A stretch of 64,000 bases of DNA from an uncultured Candidatus Saccharibacteria bacterium (GCA_937858705.1 CALLZM010000002.1:2046-66045); one strand, 5' to 3'. Positions 1 through 10,271 are shown, numbered from the stretch's first letter. Notes: generated by a model from the sequence alone, not told the origin. Numbers and translations: made by a program.

Positions 1-1005
1 TTCTACAGATTCTTTTGGTTTCGAACCATCGAGCTTGGTGGTTTTCGCAGTCACTTTGCTGAGAGTGCCGCCAGCAGTGCCAGTTGTATTGCTTTTTGCT
101 TTGTTAATGAGCGTCCCCTTGTTGTCGGCACTCGGTACTAGCTTGCCTTTACCCTTTAGCGTTCCGGTGATGATCACTGTCGTATTGCTACCGAGTGTAT
201 ATGGAATCGTCCCATTTAATACCACTGTACCACTAATGGTTACTGTACTGGCTTCAGATCCACCGCCGCCCATACACCCAGATGGATAACCGATACTGCT
301 TCCATCTTCAAAGGTATATGTGCTTGAGAGTGGCGTAGAAGATCCCCATATGCCAATTCCCATGCGGCCACCGTTTGTAAAAGTCATATTACCCATGCCC
401 CATGGAGAGAGCCCTACATCAGTACCAACTGTTGTTGATTTCGAAGTAATGTCTCCGCTGTATCCACAGAGCATATTGCGAATGCTGTAAGTATCGAGGC
501 TGAGCTTTTTCCCACCTTGCCCACCTAAACCTAGATCAACGCCCATCTTATCGACTGTTAGGTTTTTAATACCAGACCAATCGGTGATATAAACATTAGC
601 TCTGTTCGTTGTTTCATATAGATATTGTCCGCCATCAAACAGTACTGTTGGCTGAAACGCAACAGTATCAATAACGAAACGACTACACGATTCTACCCAA
701 GTATGGCCTGGTGCATTGATGGCAGCTATTTTCACGCCCGAGAGGTCGTTCGTGAGATCGTGAGGATCAGCCCCAGCCTCACTTGGCTGGCAAGGAAACA
801 CCAGTGTCGCTCCATCGGTAGGAACCTGTCCGCCTTGCCAGTTGGCGGCAGTGCTGAACTTGCTGTCTGAACCACCACCAGACCATGTATAAGTCCCCGC
901 CGCATATGCGTTTGGAGTCATGAGTACCGTAGCTCCACCCAAAGCCGACGATACAGTTAGCAAGCCTGCCGGAAACAAGCCTTTTATATTTTTATGTGTT
1001 TTCAT
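1..1005 (-). CDS. secreted/surface protein with N-terminal signal peptide; 3' end cut by window edge
   Basis: Absent from the ORF track because there is no stop in the window. ATG is the reverse complement of 1003-1005, preceded by SD GGTGGTGAG (1006-1014). Frame checked by hand and open to base 1. Starts MKTHKNIKGLFPAGLLTVSSALGGATVLMTPNAYAAGTYTW... Confidence 0.7.
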   Translation of the reverse strand, partial: MKTHKNIKGLFPAGLLTVSSALGGATVLMTPNAYAAGTYTWSGGGSDSKFSTAANWQGGQVPTDGATLVFPCQPSEAGADPHDLTNDLSGVKIAAINAPGHTWVESCSRFVIDTVAFQPTVLFDGGQYLYETTNRANVYITDWSGIKNLTVDKMGVDLGLGGQGGKKLSLDTYSIRNMLCGYSGDITSKSTTVGTDVGLSPWGMGNMTFTNGGRMGIGIWGSSTPLSSTYTFEDGSSIGYPSGCMGGGGSEASTVTISGTVVLNGTIPYTLGSNTTVIITGTLKGKGKLVPSADNKGTLINKAKSNTTGTAGGTLSKVTAKTTKLDGSKPKESVE

Positions 1006-1051
1006 CTCACCACCTTTTTTATGTTATGTGTTGGTTAGTTATATAGTAGCA

Positions 1052-1058
1052 CCCCCCC
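1052..1058 (-). repeat. homopolymer C7 (G7 on the coding strand) upstream of the 1..1005 gene
   Basis: acccccccag read directly. Lies 47-53 nt upstream of the ATG, just 5' of TACTATATA -10-like sequence. Confidence 0.8.
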
Positions 1059-1121
1059 AGCAAAATAAAGAGCGTTTTGTTGTAATATATACTACGAACT
1101 AGCTATAGTACCAGTAAGGGG

Positions 1122-2942
1122 TTACGGTGTCTTTAAGAATTGTGCCTTGGAGACTGTCCAGTTATTGACGCTAAAATAACGGTCGACGATCGAGACAAAC
1201 CGCATAGAACTATCGACGGACTGAGCATTTTTGTTCACAAAATACGGCGCAACTTGCTGGTACAGTGCGATTGCTGGCGCATCTACAAGCCACTGTTCAG
1301 CAAAGGCAATATATTTACTGTCTCGCCTGTCTGAGCTCGTCTGGTCACGGGCGCTCACCAGTGCCACATCTGCTGTATCGTTGGCATAGTTCGTAAAATT
1401 ATACCCATTTAGCCCAGTTTGCGATGAGTGCCAATACGCAAAGACATCGGGATCACCACCTATCGGTAGTTCATAGAGCAGTATGTCATAATTTCTCGGC
1501 TGCAATACATCTTGCACAAAACCAGAGGCTACCGCTTCGGTATCGATGACCTGCACCGAAGCTCGAACGCCTATAGTCTTCAATTGCTCAACCATCATAT
1601 GGGCAATTTTTTCATATTGTTCATTTTTGAGAACCGTTATCTGTAATCGTAGCTCAGTGTCTTTCTGCTTACGATATTCACCCTGCAGCTTCCATTTCGT
1701 TGTATCAAGTAGTTTATTCGCCTCAGCGATATCTACCTTCGGAACTTTGATTCGTTCGCTCCCTCGTACTTGGCTTGGCAGAAATGGCAGATTGAGAACT
1801 GGTGCATTTGGCGAAACTTCTTTACGAATCGCCTCAGTATCAATAGTTCGCTGAATAGCCTGCCGGACGATACGATCCTTCAAGATTGCCTGGTCGGTAT
1901 TCATGAGAGTGTAAATACCAGAGTTCAATGGAATATCGAAGCGATTGTAGCCACTCATTTTCACCGCTGAAGCCTGCACTTCGTCTAAACCAATTGCGCC
2001 AGTTACTTCGTTTGAACGAATCGCCTGAACAAGTTGATCTGTTTTTTGATAGACATGCAGCTCCATTCGATCAACAAACGGAGTCTTCTCATAATAGTTC
2101 TTGTTTGCCACCAAGTGGAGCGTGCGATGCATATCCCCACTCTGACTTGACTGCAATAATCTATAGGTGAATGGGCCACTGCCAACTGGTGATTTTGAAT
2201 AGCTACTTTCCCGAAGGCTCGAAACCGGAATCTGCGACACAATATGCTGCGGTAAAATGGCAAAAGTGAGAGCATGCGGAAATGCCGCGTAAGGCGACAG
2301 ACGAAATTCTATTGTATAGTTATCGATGACTTGAACTGCTACATCTTGCCAACTTGCTTGCAACGAGGTTCTGGCGCGGATATCAGGATTTTTAATAAGC
2401 TTGACGGTAAAATCGACATCTTTTGCCGTCAATGGTGTGCCGTCATGCCACTTTACGCCTTGTCTCATGCGCACCGTATATCGTCTGCCTCCGTCTTCCA
2501 TTTTCATCGATTCAGCAAGGTCGGGATGAAGTGCGCCTGAAGAATCGTAGCCATAGAGTGATGAAAAGAGAAGCTTTGATGCCGCACCTTCTGCGCTGGA
2601 AGAGATATACAACGGATTCAGCGTTTCGAGCTTCCCGACGACACCCTCTGCGTAGGTGCCTCCTGCGGTACTTGCCCTCTCGGTATATTGTTTATCGATA
2701 ACGAAAAAGTGAACGCCAATACCGGCGATCAACAGAGAAGCAACCAACAACCACGCAACAATATACCGCCTAGATTCTTTGACATTACCAATCCGCTTCA
2801 CGATAAATTTACGAGCATGTTTCGTAGTGGTGGTTTCGACCTTTTTGATGTGTTTTTTGAGATTTTTTTTATCCAAACTCAACAATTTTACCGATTTTCC
2901 ACCGTTTTTCGATTCCTTATGTGTACTCGCAGACTTATCCAT
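1122..2942 (-). CDS. ABC transporter substrate-binding protein, family 5 (peptide/nickel type), membrane-anchored
   Basis: 606-aa ORF with an N-terminal TM (IVAWLLVASLLIAGIGVHFFV) and SBP_bac_5-like motif GVKWHDGTPLTAKDVDFT. Confidence 0.8.
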   Translation of the reverse strand: MDKSASTHKESKNGGKSVKLLSLDKKNLKKHIKKVETTTTKHARKFIVKRIGNVKESRRYIVAWLLVASLLIAGIGVHFFVIDKQYTERASTAGGTYAEGVVGKLETLNPLYISSSAEGAASKLLFSSLYGYDSSGALHPDLAESMKMEDGGRRYTVRMRQGVKWHDGTPLTAKDVDFTVKLIKNPDIRARTSLQASWQDVAVQVIDNYTIEFRLSPYAAFPHALTFAILPQHIVSQIPVSSLRESSYSKSPVGSGPFTYRLLQSSQSGDMHRTLHLVANKNYYEKTPFVDRMELHVYQKTDQLVQAIRSNEVTGAIGLDEVQASAVKMSGYNRFDIPLNSGIYTLMNTDQAILKDRIVRQAIQRTIDTEAIRKEVSPNAPVLNLPFLPSQVRGSERIKVPKVDIAEANKLLDTTKWKLQGEYRKQKDTELRLQITVLKNEQYEKIAHMMVEQLKTIGVRASVQVIDTEAVASGFVQDVLQPRNYDILLYELPIGGDPDVFAYWHSSQTGLNGYNFTNYANDTADVALVSARDQTSSDRRDSKYIAFAEQWLVDAPAIALYQQVAPYFVNKNAQSVDSSMRFVSIVDRYFSVNNWTVSKAQFLKTP

Positions 2943-2967
2943 ACCTATTCTTGCTTAAACCTATAGC

Positions 2968-3195
2968 CTATAGCGGCAATAAGAGACCGGCCAAAATAGA
3001 TAATACGAAGATAACCGCAAAAATGATAGTAACTTCAAAAAGATTTTTGTCGAAACCACGCCGAGTAGTGTACAGCTCACTTGAACCGCCAAACCCTGCG
3101 CCAAGGCTAGCACCCCTTTGCTGCAACAAAATAGCCAAGATCATCAAAATCGCTGAGCCAAGCATTACTATTTGTATCGTTTCCCCTATCGTCAT
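2968..3195 (-). CDS. secG: preprotein translocase subunit SecG
   Basis: 75 aa with two TM segments and the typical ILLQQRGASLGAGFGG motif. Confidence 0.8.
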   Translation of the reverse strand: MTIGETIQIVMLGSAILMILAILLQQRGASLGAGFGGSSELYTTRRGFDKNLFEVTIIFAVIFVLSILAGLLLPL

Positions 3196-3575
3196 ATGTC
3201 CTCCTTATTATTTGACTGAGATTCAACAAAACTACTCACGGTATAGTTGACTAAACTGATGACCACTCCAGCAATAACCGAATGCCAGAAGGTCATTTCT
3301 ACACCTGGCGCTATTTTGAATGTGATATACACCAAAAAACCATTGATAATGAGCATGAATACTCCGAGCGTCAATAGCAAAGCTGGCAACGCCAAAATGA
3401 TAATGAGCGGCTTCAATAGTGAGTTGACGATCGATAACACTAAACCGACAAGTAGGAATGTGAGCAAACTTTCTGGAGTTTCAGCGTATCCTGTACCGAA
3501 TAGCCGAACCGCCAGCCATAAGCCCAACGAATTTAGTAGCCATCGAAAGGCAAACTGTTGTAATTGTGATTTCAT
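3192..3575 (-). CDS. 4-TM membrane protein, phage-holin-4 (YvlD/DUF360)-like
   Basis: 127 aa with pattern LLNSLGLWLA...LKPLIIILALPALLLTLGVFMLIINGF. 4-nt overlap with secG. Confidence 0.6.
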   Translation of the reverse strand: MKSQLQQFAFRWLLNSLGLWLAVRLFGTGYAETPESLLTFLLVGLVLSIVNSLLKPLIIILALPALLLTLGVFMLIINGFLVYITFKIAPGVEMTFWHSVIAGVVISLVNYTVSSFVESQSNNKEDI

Positions 3576-3591
3576 ATACTGTTCTATTCTA

Positions 3592-4830
3592 TCAAACCGA
3601 CAGCACTTCTGTCGACAGCTTGACGCTCAAATTACGACTACCAGTCTCCGTCACTGCTATATCATCTTCAATCCTAAAGCCGTACCCCTTCTCGTTCATA
3701 TAAAACCCAGGTTCTACGGTAACTACCATGCCTGGTTCAAAATAACGCGGCCTCCCTAAATGATCATGGACATCGATCCCAAGACCATGGCTGATGGCAT
3801 GCGGCATATACTTATAGAGGTCATCTCTTGTGGCAGCGGACCCTACAAGCTGACACTCGTGTAATGCCTCGAGAAGTAGTGCATCGACCGACTTGGCATA
3901 CTCAGTCAAAGGTAAACCTGGCTTGATGAGCGCAATGATTTGTTGCTGCGCTTTTGCTAGAGCATCATAGATAGCTTGTTGCTCGTGGTTCAATGTTCCT
4001 TTTACAAATACTCGAGTAATATCTGCGGTATAATACTGCTTTCTTGCCCCAATGTCACAAAGAATGGGTTGATTTTTATATATTTTATCGGTATTTTTAC
4101 CGTAGTGAAGCGTACATGCATTTGCTCCAGCTGCCACTATGGGGTCATACGCATGATCGGCATTGTGCATCCTGAACATATAACCAAACTCTGCTTCTAG
4201 CTGAAATTCATACTGACAATGTGCGAGCTTCGTCCGAGCATGTTCAAATGCCGAAACTGTCAAATCAACTGCTTGCTGAATCGCTTCAAGCTCCAGTGAC
4301 TGCTTGATAGCTCGCAACTTCGTGAGTTCCGACGAACAATCGAGTACTTTCGAAAATAATCTCTCGAGCCTGCCCCATTGTGCTTTCGGTGCAGGATTTA
4401 GTACAAACTCTTGCTTTTCAAGCTTAAGACCATACACAGTACTGTGCTTCTTTGCAAGGCTTCGAAGAAATGGTTCAAAATTTTCCTCGGGTATCACCTC
4501 TTTCGCACCGCTCCGTGCCAATATAGCTGCCGTGTCGGGTTCACCGCCGAATATTCGTTCTACCTCAGATAGCTTGGGCTGCACCAGCAGTGCGGTATCG
4601 TTCGTACCGTCATACACAAGATGCCAGCCAGGCTCTTCTATGCCAGTAAGATACCAGAAGTTGGCTTCTTGCAAAAAAGGTGACGCCATATCGCTGGTTT
4701 TCTGCATCAGATCATACGCCGATAATACTATCAGCCCACCCTGAGTTTTTTCGGCAAGTCGTTGTCGATTCCAACGAAAGAACTCAGCAGTAAAGATATC
4801 TTTTTGTCTATTTCGTGCCGTTATATTCAT
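3592..4830 (-). CDS. Xaa-Pro aminopeptidase, M24 family
   Basis: 412 aa with metal-ligand motifs HGLGIDVHD, VTVEPGFY and RIEDDIAVT. Confidence 0.8.
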   Translation of the reverse strand: MNITARNRQKDIFTAEFFRWNRQRLAEKTQGGLIVLSAYDLMQKTSDMASPFLQEANFWYLTGIEEPGWHLVYDGTNDTALLVQPKLSEVERIFGGEPDTAAILARSGAKEVIPEENFEPFLRSLAKKHSTVYGLKLEKQEFVLNPAPKAQWGRLERLFSKVLDCSSELTKLRAIKQSLELEAIQQAVDLTVSAFEHARTKLAHCQYEFQLEAEFGYMFRMHNADHAYDPIVAAGANACTLHYGKNTDKIYKNQPILCDIGARKQYYTADITRVFVKGTLNHEQQAIYDALAKAQQQIIALIKPGLPLTEYAKSVDALLLEALHECQLVGSAATRDDLYKYMPHAISHGLGIDVHDHLGRPRYFEPGMVVTVEPGFYMNEKGYGFRIEDDIAVTETGSRNLSVKLSTEVLSV

Positions 4831-6371
4831 GTAGTCTCCCCTGTAAATGCGTGGTGTATTATCTTTGCTTTAGCCGGACCCACTGCTTTCGCAATATCGG
4901 CTTCCGTGGCTTTCTGTATAGCCGCAATACTACCGAACGCTCTCATGAGCCGTCGTTTTGTTACTGGTCCTACGCCTGCTATATCGTCAAACGCACTCTT
5001 TTTTTGTCGTGTACGACTGATGGTTTCATGATAGCTTATCGCAAAACGATGACTTTCGTCGCGAATTCGCTGAATAAGCTTCGTGATGTCACTGTAGCGA
5101 AAGGTTTTATCGTCTGCCTGAAAGTTTTTCGCGTGGCCCGTTACCTTAAAGCGACCTAATTGTAAATTGATTACAATAAAATCGCCCTCTGGTATAGCTG
5201 AGGCTCCGAGCTCGGGGGTGAGTATAGACTCATGCACTATTACTTTGGAATTTCGGTGAATCATCAATTCTTCTTGGCGTTTCGCTACACTAATAATGGG
5301 AATATCGAGCCCTTTTTCATCTCTCGCCCGAATGGCCGCCATAAGCTGCCCTTTACCTCCATCGATCAATAGTAGATCTGGCGTGCCCCAGCTTTTTATA
5401 TTTCGCTCGCTCAACCTACGAGATAGTGCTTCGTATATGTTCCCCGTGTCATCATTTTTCTCAGACACTTTAAATTTACGGTACTCCGCCCTATTGCTTA
5501 CACCATTCGTAAACACCACCATACTAGCAACCACGCCTCGACCACCAGTATGCGAAATATCGAACCCTTCTATTCTTGCAGGTATGGTTGGTAATCCCAA
5601 TATATCCGTAATATCAGACAACGCCTGGTCTTTCGAGATGTCAAGATGTTCCTTGTCGCCAAAAGACACTCGTCTCTGCAACTCTTGCATAGCCAGCAAC
5701 CGATTGCGAAGCTTAGCGGCCTTTTCAAAATCCTGCTCAGCTGCCGCCAGTTTCATAGTCTGCTCAAGTTCCCTGACGATCTTTTTACGATTGCCCTTTA
5801 TATAGCTTATGAGCTGTCGCAGATCTGCTTTGTAGCTCATAGGTCCATCACTCAAACGGGGAGAAAGTCCAATATCTTCATCGAGCTTGGACTGCCCGGG
5901 ACGAATTTCTTTCGTAAGGTACGGAAAGATACGGCGCAAATAGCGAAGCGCTCGCTTCAGCGCAAAACCGTTATAAAACGGGCCGTAATATTCGGCGCCA
6001 TCATCAGCTGGATTTCTCGTAAACGACACAATTGGCCATTCGCTCTTCATATCGATGCGCACAAATGACTGACTCTTATCGTCTCTTAGCAATACATTAT
6101 AGCGAGGCATATAGCGCTTTACCATCTCACTCTCGAGAAATAAAGCATCCACTTCGCTCTCTGTTTCTATCCATTCAGTATCGACTATTTCTGCCACAAG
6201 CGCCATCGTTTTATTGTCGTGTGGTCGACTCACCTGGAAATACTGGCGCACTCGATTCTTCAATATTGCCGCTTTGCCAACATAAATCACTTCACCAGTA
6301 GCAGATTTATGGAAATATACCCCTGGTGATAGCGGCAACGATTTCAACTTTTCTTCGAGTTGCGTATTCAC
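4827..6371 (-). CDS. uvrC: excinuclease ABC subunit C
   Basis: 514 aa with a GIY-YIG N-terminus (GVYFHKSATGEVIYVGKA...RV..Y) and a C-terminal HhH (IAGVGPVTKRRLMRAFGS). Confidence 0.9.
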   Translation of the reverse strand: MNTQLEEKLKSLPLSPGVYFHKSATGEVIYVGKAAILKNRVRQYFQVSRPHDNKTMALVAEIVDTEWIETESEVDALFLESEMVKRYMPRYNVLLRDDKSQSFVRIDMKSEWPIVSFTRNPADDGAEYYGPFYNGFALKRALRYLRRIFPYLTKEIRPGQSKLDEDIGLSPRLSDGPMSYKADLRQLISYIKGNRKKIVRELEQTMKLAAAEQDFEKAAKLRNRLLAMQELQRRVSFGDKEHLDISKDQALSDITDILGLPTIPARIEGFDISHTGGRGVVASMVVFTNGVSNRAEYRKFKVSEKNDDTGNIYEALSRRLSERNIKSWGTPDLLLIDGGKGQLMAAIRARDEKGLDIPIISVAKRQEELMIHRNSKVIVHESILTPELGASAIPEGDFIVINLQLGRFKVTGHAKNFQADDKTFRYSDITKLIQRIRDESHRFAISYHETISRTRQKKSAFDDIAGVGPVTKRRLMRAFGSIAAIQKATEADIAKAVGPAKAKIIHHAFTGETT

Positions 6372-6390
6372 TTCTATACTATAAGCTTAT

Positions 6391-6723
6391 TTATGCGTGC
6401 TTTAGTAGCGTATCTTGCAACACTCCAGCAGGAACCATGCCGACAAGCTGGTCAACGACTTTACCGTCTTTATACACCTGCATGTTCGGAATACCTTGTA
6501 CACCATGTTCCTGGGCTAATTGGCCATTCTCAGGAGACGCCTCAATATCAATTTTCACCACATCGACTTTATCGTCCATCTGGTCACCCACTTGCTGTAA
6601 AATAGGTGCCATAGCGCGACATGGCGGGCACCACTGCGCCCAAAAATCGACCAAAACAACCTTCTGGCTATTGATGACTTTTGCTTCAAATTCTGATTTA
6701 GTTGTCGTGTTTAGTAAACCCAT
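6391..6723 (-). CDS. trxA: thioredoxin
   Basis: 110 aa with active site WAQWCPPCR. Confidence 0.9.
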   Translation of the reverse strand: MGLLNTTTKSEFEAKVINSQKVVLVDFWAQWCPPCRAMAPILQQVGDQMDDKVDVVKIDIEASPENGQLAQEHGVQGIPNMQVYKDGKVVDQLVGMVPAGVLQDTLLKHA

Positions 6724-6763
6724 ATCCCTCCTTAGATTTATAGCTCGGTTACTTGTTATTGTA

Positions 6764-7147
6764 TCATACTTGGCACTCTTTGCAGCGCCCCTTTACTAGC
6801 ACTGGTCCATCAAAACGAAAATTATTATACTTTTTCCTCATGGCGCTCAACACTTCAAGAGAAATCGTCGCATCGCACAATTGCCCGCAATCATTGCATT
6901 CCAGATGGCTATGAGGCAATAAGTTATTGTCAAATCGCATACAGCCATCTTTTGTCGGTGGAGCAATAGAAATTTCACCATCGTACATCATGCGTGTCGT
7001 GATGCGATGGATAGTCGTAGCACTCAGCTGTGAATGGTATTGCCTGCAATACTCTAGGATGTCATTATTTGTGACATGATTTGCCCGCTTGAGATATTGT
7101 CGAACCAGGGCAAGATATTTACTATCTCGTCTTGTAGCTATTGCCAT
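6764..7147 (-). CDS. Fur-family metalloregulator
   Basis: 127 aa with a winged-helix segment (SATTIHRITTRMMYDGEI), HSHLECNDCG and a C-terminal GRCKECQ Cys pair. Confidence 0.75.
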   Translation of the reverse strand: MAIATRRDSKYLALVRQYLKRANHVTNNDILEYCRQYHSQLSATTIHRITTRMMYDGEISIAPPTKDGCMRFDNNLLPHSHLECNDCGQLCDATISLEVLSAMRKKYNNFRFDGPVLVKGRCKECQV

Positions 7148-7154
7148 AACCTTA

Positions 7155-7171
7155 TTGTAAATTATTTACAA
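7155..7171. promoter_or_regulatory. perfect 8-1-8 inverted repeat TTGTAAAT-T-ATTTACAA, candidate Fur-family operator
   Basis: Read directly. Lies 8 nt upstream of the Fur-family start codon and has the 7-1-7 AT-rich architecture of Fur/PerR/Zur boxes. Confidence 0.55.
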
Positions 7172-7202
7172 TAAATAAACAAGCCCTCTCACCCCTGGTT
7201 GG

Positions 7203-8384
7203 TTATCCTGCAAGTGGCACAATGGTATCGATATACATACCTCGTGCCGTAGTCCCCGATGGACGAACAGCATCCATCTGAGTAGTACGAGTGGGGCCTT
7301 TCCTGGCGATTTGATGATTCAGCCGCATCGCCGAATCGGTTGGCCGTGCTTGCCGCATACCCTCAAGCGAGCGATGTCCACTCATTGAAACAACAGGCGG
7401 GCGGACTACAGATACCCTTGGAGTAGGTGAGGGATTCTTCTTTACAACTGGTGAACGAGAAACCACTCTCTTACGCCGTGGAGCAGTCGTTTCCCTTGCC
7501 ACTAGGCCGTTTGTCTTAACAACTGAGTCGATGGAAAAATGGGGTGAAACAGTCGGATCAGCCTGGGCTGAAGTAATTTCCTCGTGTAGTTCTGCCATTT
7601 GGGCTTCTCTTGCAATAGCAGTCCTCTTGCGGCGATTGCGTATCCAGATGACAACAATGCCCACCTGATACATCACGACGATAGGTGCAGCAAGCAATGT
7701 CTGGTTGATAGCATCCGGAGTTGGTGAAACAATGGCGGCAACAATAAATGACCCGAGAATAATTTTTCCTTGATGTTTCATGAGTCCACCTGGTTTAAGT
7801 GGTGTCACGCCGTTGATGATAAGCATAACAAGCGGTAATTGGAACAATATTGCACCCGCAAGTAAGTACACTAAAACGAACGACATATACGAATCGATCG
7901 TAAGCATGGAAGATATACCCTTGAGATCAAAGCCCGTCAAGAACTGTAGCGCAGCTGGAAGAGTAATAAAGTACACAAACAGTATGCCAGCGACAGCAAG
8001 AAACGATGAAGCGATGGTGTAACCAACCGCTATTCGTAAATGCATCGGCTTCATAGCAGGCATAAGAAAACGATACAAGTGATAGATGAACACCGGCAAC
8101 GAACAAACCAAGCCCGCCGCTAGTAGAGCTGTTATCATAAAGCTAAACGCCCCTGCAGGCGTAAGGTATACGAGATCATGCTCGGACTGTAGTGGTGCTA
8201 ATATAATAGCTACAATTTGATCAAAAAAAGGATATGCGGCGGCACTCGCCAGCAAAAACACCAACCCCACCACAAAGAACCGCCCCTGTAGTTCCTTCAG
8301 ATGTTCGAGGATAGTTACAGGGGCGTCTTCTGAAGAGCGATTATGACTTTGTTTCGCTCTTTTTTTCAGTGCTTTCCGGCTCAT
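7203..8384 (-). CDS. tatC: twin-arginine translocase subunit TatC with long basic/Pro-rich C-terminal extension
   Basis: 393 aa. The N-terminal ~250 aa is a 6-TM TatC core ([13 protein letters not shown]...). The last ~140 aa is non-membrane and R/P/S-rich. Confidence 0.85.
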   Translation of the reverse strand: MSRKALKKRAKQSHNRSSEDAPVTILEHLKELQGRFFVVGLVFLLASAAAYPFFDQIVAIILAPLQSEHDLVYLTPAGAFSFMITALLAAGLVCSLPVFIYHLYRFLMPAMKPMHLRIAVGYTIASSFLAVAGILFVYFITLPAALQFLTGFDLKGISSMLTIDSYMSFVLVYLLAGAILFQLPLVMLIINGVTPLKPGGLMKHQGKIILGSFIVAAIVSPTPDAINQTLLAAPIVVMYQVGIVVIWIRNRRKRTAIAREAQMAELHEEITSAQADPTVSPHFSIDSVVKTNGLVARETTAPRRKRVVSRSPVVKKNPSPTPRVSVVRPPVVSMSGHRSLEGMRQARPTDSAMRLNHQIARKGPTRTTQMDAVRPSGTTARGMYIDTIVPLAG

Positions 8385-8517
8385 CTCTCATTGCCTTCTT
8401 TAGTTCTTTGGCAGAAGTACCGACACCTTTAGCAAGCTCTGGCAGCTTCTTGGCACCAAACAGCAAAAGCAGAATGACCAAAATTACGACTAATTCCATA
8501 GGTCCTATAGTAGGCAT
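8341..8517 (-). CDS. tatA: twin-arginine translocase subunit TatA/E
   Basis: 58-aa ORF below the ORF-track cutoff, translated by hand: [58 protein letters not shown]. Overlaps the tatC start. Confidence 0.85.
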   Translation of the reverse strand: MPTIGPMELVVILVILLLLFGAKKLPELAKGVGTSAKELKKAMRDEPESTEKKSETKS

Positions 8518-8630
8518 GTTGTATTTTCCCCTGTTGAATTTTACCTATATTGTTATTATACTAGTAGCGACTGAAAATACAAGTATTTTACGCTAAATAA
8601 ACTAAAGCGGCATAAAGTACTTACTTTTAT

Positions 8631-9296
8631 CTAGCGTTTGATTTCAACCCCAGACATCACTACATCTCCGATAATACGCAAAATAGGCGCATCATCTTCT
8701 ATACTAGTGTCGGTCGTAGCATTTTCTACACCGCCCAAAATAACCGAAGTACTATTCCTCACAATAACCTCTTTCGGTACATAGATCTCAATACCGCCCC
8801 AAAATGCAAACAAATCAAGCGTTGCCTCTTTCTTAATAGTCACCTCACGCAAATCGATCATGGCACCACCACATACCGCAATAACTCGACTTCCTCTATA
8901 GTCTTTCGATTGTACTCGTGTTTCACTACCACTCAACACTGCCGTTATATCTTCTCGCTCATGTGATGCAATGCGCTGCTTTGGTGTTGCTCGGCTCATC
9001 ATAATAGATATCCCAATCACGATAATGACCGCTGGCCAAAACAATTGCCACGGATTAACACTCACCACCCCTAATTGCTTTAATTGAAAAATGATGCCCA
9101 ATGCGATAACCAATAGTGCCCAGAGGTAATTTTTAACATCACTTAGCAAGATAACAATACCGCCAACCACGATAAACATCGGCCACCACTCGGCAATACC
9201 TACAGAAAAAGGCAAAATATTCAAATTAGTTAACAAGAACGACGCGCCGACTGCCACAACTAGTAGCCCGATGACAATACGAGTAAGTGATTTCAT
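8631..9296 (-). CDS. LiaF-like (cell-wall-active antibiotic response) membrane protein
   Basis: 221 aa with 4-5 N-terminal TM segments plus a C-terminal beta-rich domain (AVCGGAMIDLREV...FAFWGGIEIYVP). Confidence 0.6.
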   Translation of the reverse strand: MKSLTRIVIGLLVVAVGASFLLTNLNILPFSVGIAEWWPMFIVVGGIVILLSDVKNYLWALLVIALGIIFQLKQLGVVSVNPWQLFWPAVIIVIGISIMMSRATPKQRIASHEREDITAVLSGSETRVQSKDYRGSRVIAVCGGAMIDLREVTIKKEATLDLFAFWGGIEIYVPKEVIVRNSTSVILGGVENATTDTSIEDDAPILRIIGDVVMSGVEIKR

Positions 9297-10219
9297 ACTT
9301 TCAGTATAACACGAGGAGTCTGAGCTTTTCTTTCGTGCTTATTTCTACACTCACCAGTATGGAATAGTAAATTCGGATCTTGCTTGCATTCCTCACAAAT
9401 AAGCACGAGGCTGTTACATTCCGCATGCGCACAATTCTCAAAATTGCTTGTTTTGCTCTTACAATGTGTGCATTCGCCTATTGTTTTCGCATTATCCGAG
9501 AACGACATTACCATTCGGCTATCAAATACCCGAAGCGCTCCTTCCCAGAGACTATCGTCACCGTATGCTTCGCCGTATTTTACTATACCGCCATCTATTT
9601 GGTACACATCTTTAAAGCCGCGCTTCTTCATCATAGCGCTAATAACTTCGCAGCGAATACCACCGGTGCAGTAGGTGATAACTTTTTTATCTTTAACAGC
9701 GTCATATTTATCACTTTCCAGTTCGGCGATAAAGTCGCGTGAAGTATTGGTGTTTGGCACGATCGCATTTTTAAATTTACCAACCAGCGCTTCGTGCGCG
9801 TTGCGACCATCGAAAAACACTACTTCATCGCCATATTTCTCTACCATAGCATCAACCTCATGAGGTTTTAGGTGCGTACCGCCACCAATAACACCATGCT
9901 CATCTACCTCAAACTCATCATCGCTATTCTTAAAACCTACTAGCTCTCGGCGGGCTTTTACGCTCATCCGCGGAAAGTCTTCTCGAGCACCATCTGACCA
10001 CTTAAATACCGTATCTTTAAAACCAGGAAACTTTTTCGTTTCCTTAATATAGCGTTTCAAGTCTTCCATGTCGCCACCAACAGTACCATTGAGACCGTGT
10101 CGGCTCACAAGTATCCGCCCGCGCAAGTTCAAGCTGTCACAGAGTGTTTTTTGCCAGAGTTTTATCGCTTCCGGGTCAGGGATAGGCGTGAACTTATAAT
10201 AGAGTAGGATTTTTTGCAT
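9293..10219 (-). CDS. trhO: rhodanese-domain tRNA uridine(34) hydroxylase (UPF0176/YceA family)
   Basis: 308 aa. N-terminus ILLYYKFTPIPDPE, rhodanese active site YCTGGIRCE, and a C-terminal Cys cluster. Confidence 0.8.
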   Translation of the reverse strand: MQKILLYYKFTPIPDPEAIKLWQKTLCDSLNLRGRILVSRHGLNGTVGGDMEDLKRYIKETKKFPGFKDTVFKWSDGAREDFPRMSVKARRELVGFKNSDDEFEVDEHGVIGGGTHLKPHEVDAMVEKYGDEVVFFDGRNAHEALVGKFKNAIVPNTNTSRDFIAELESDKYDAVKDKKVITYCTGGIRCEVISAMMKKRGFKDVYQIDGGIVKYGEAYGDDSLWEGALRVFDSRMVMSFSDNAKTIGECTHCKSKTSNFENCAHAECNSLVLICEECKQDPNLLFHTGECRNKHERKAQTPRVILKV

Positions 10220-10242
10220 AATATACCAAATTATAGTCTAAT

Positions 10243-10271
10243 TTGACTTTATCGTCAAAATTTGCTATAAT
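10243..10271 (+). promoter_or_regulatory. sigma70-like promoter TTGACT-17-TATAAT for the ABC exporter gene
   Basis: -35 at 10243-10248 and -10 at 10266-10271, with a hand-counted 17-nt spacer. Confidence 0.55.
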
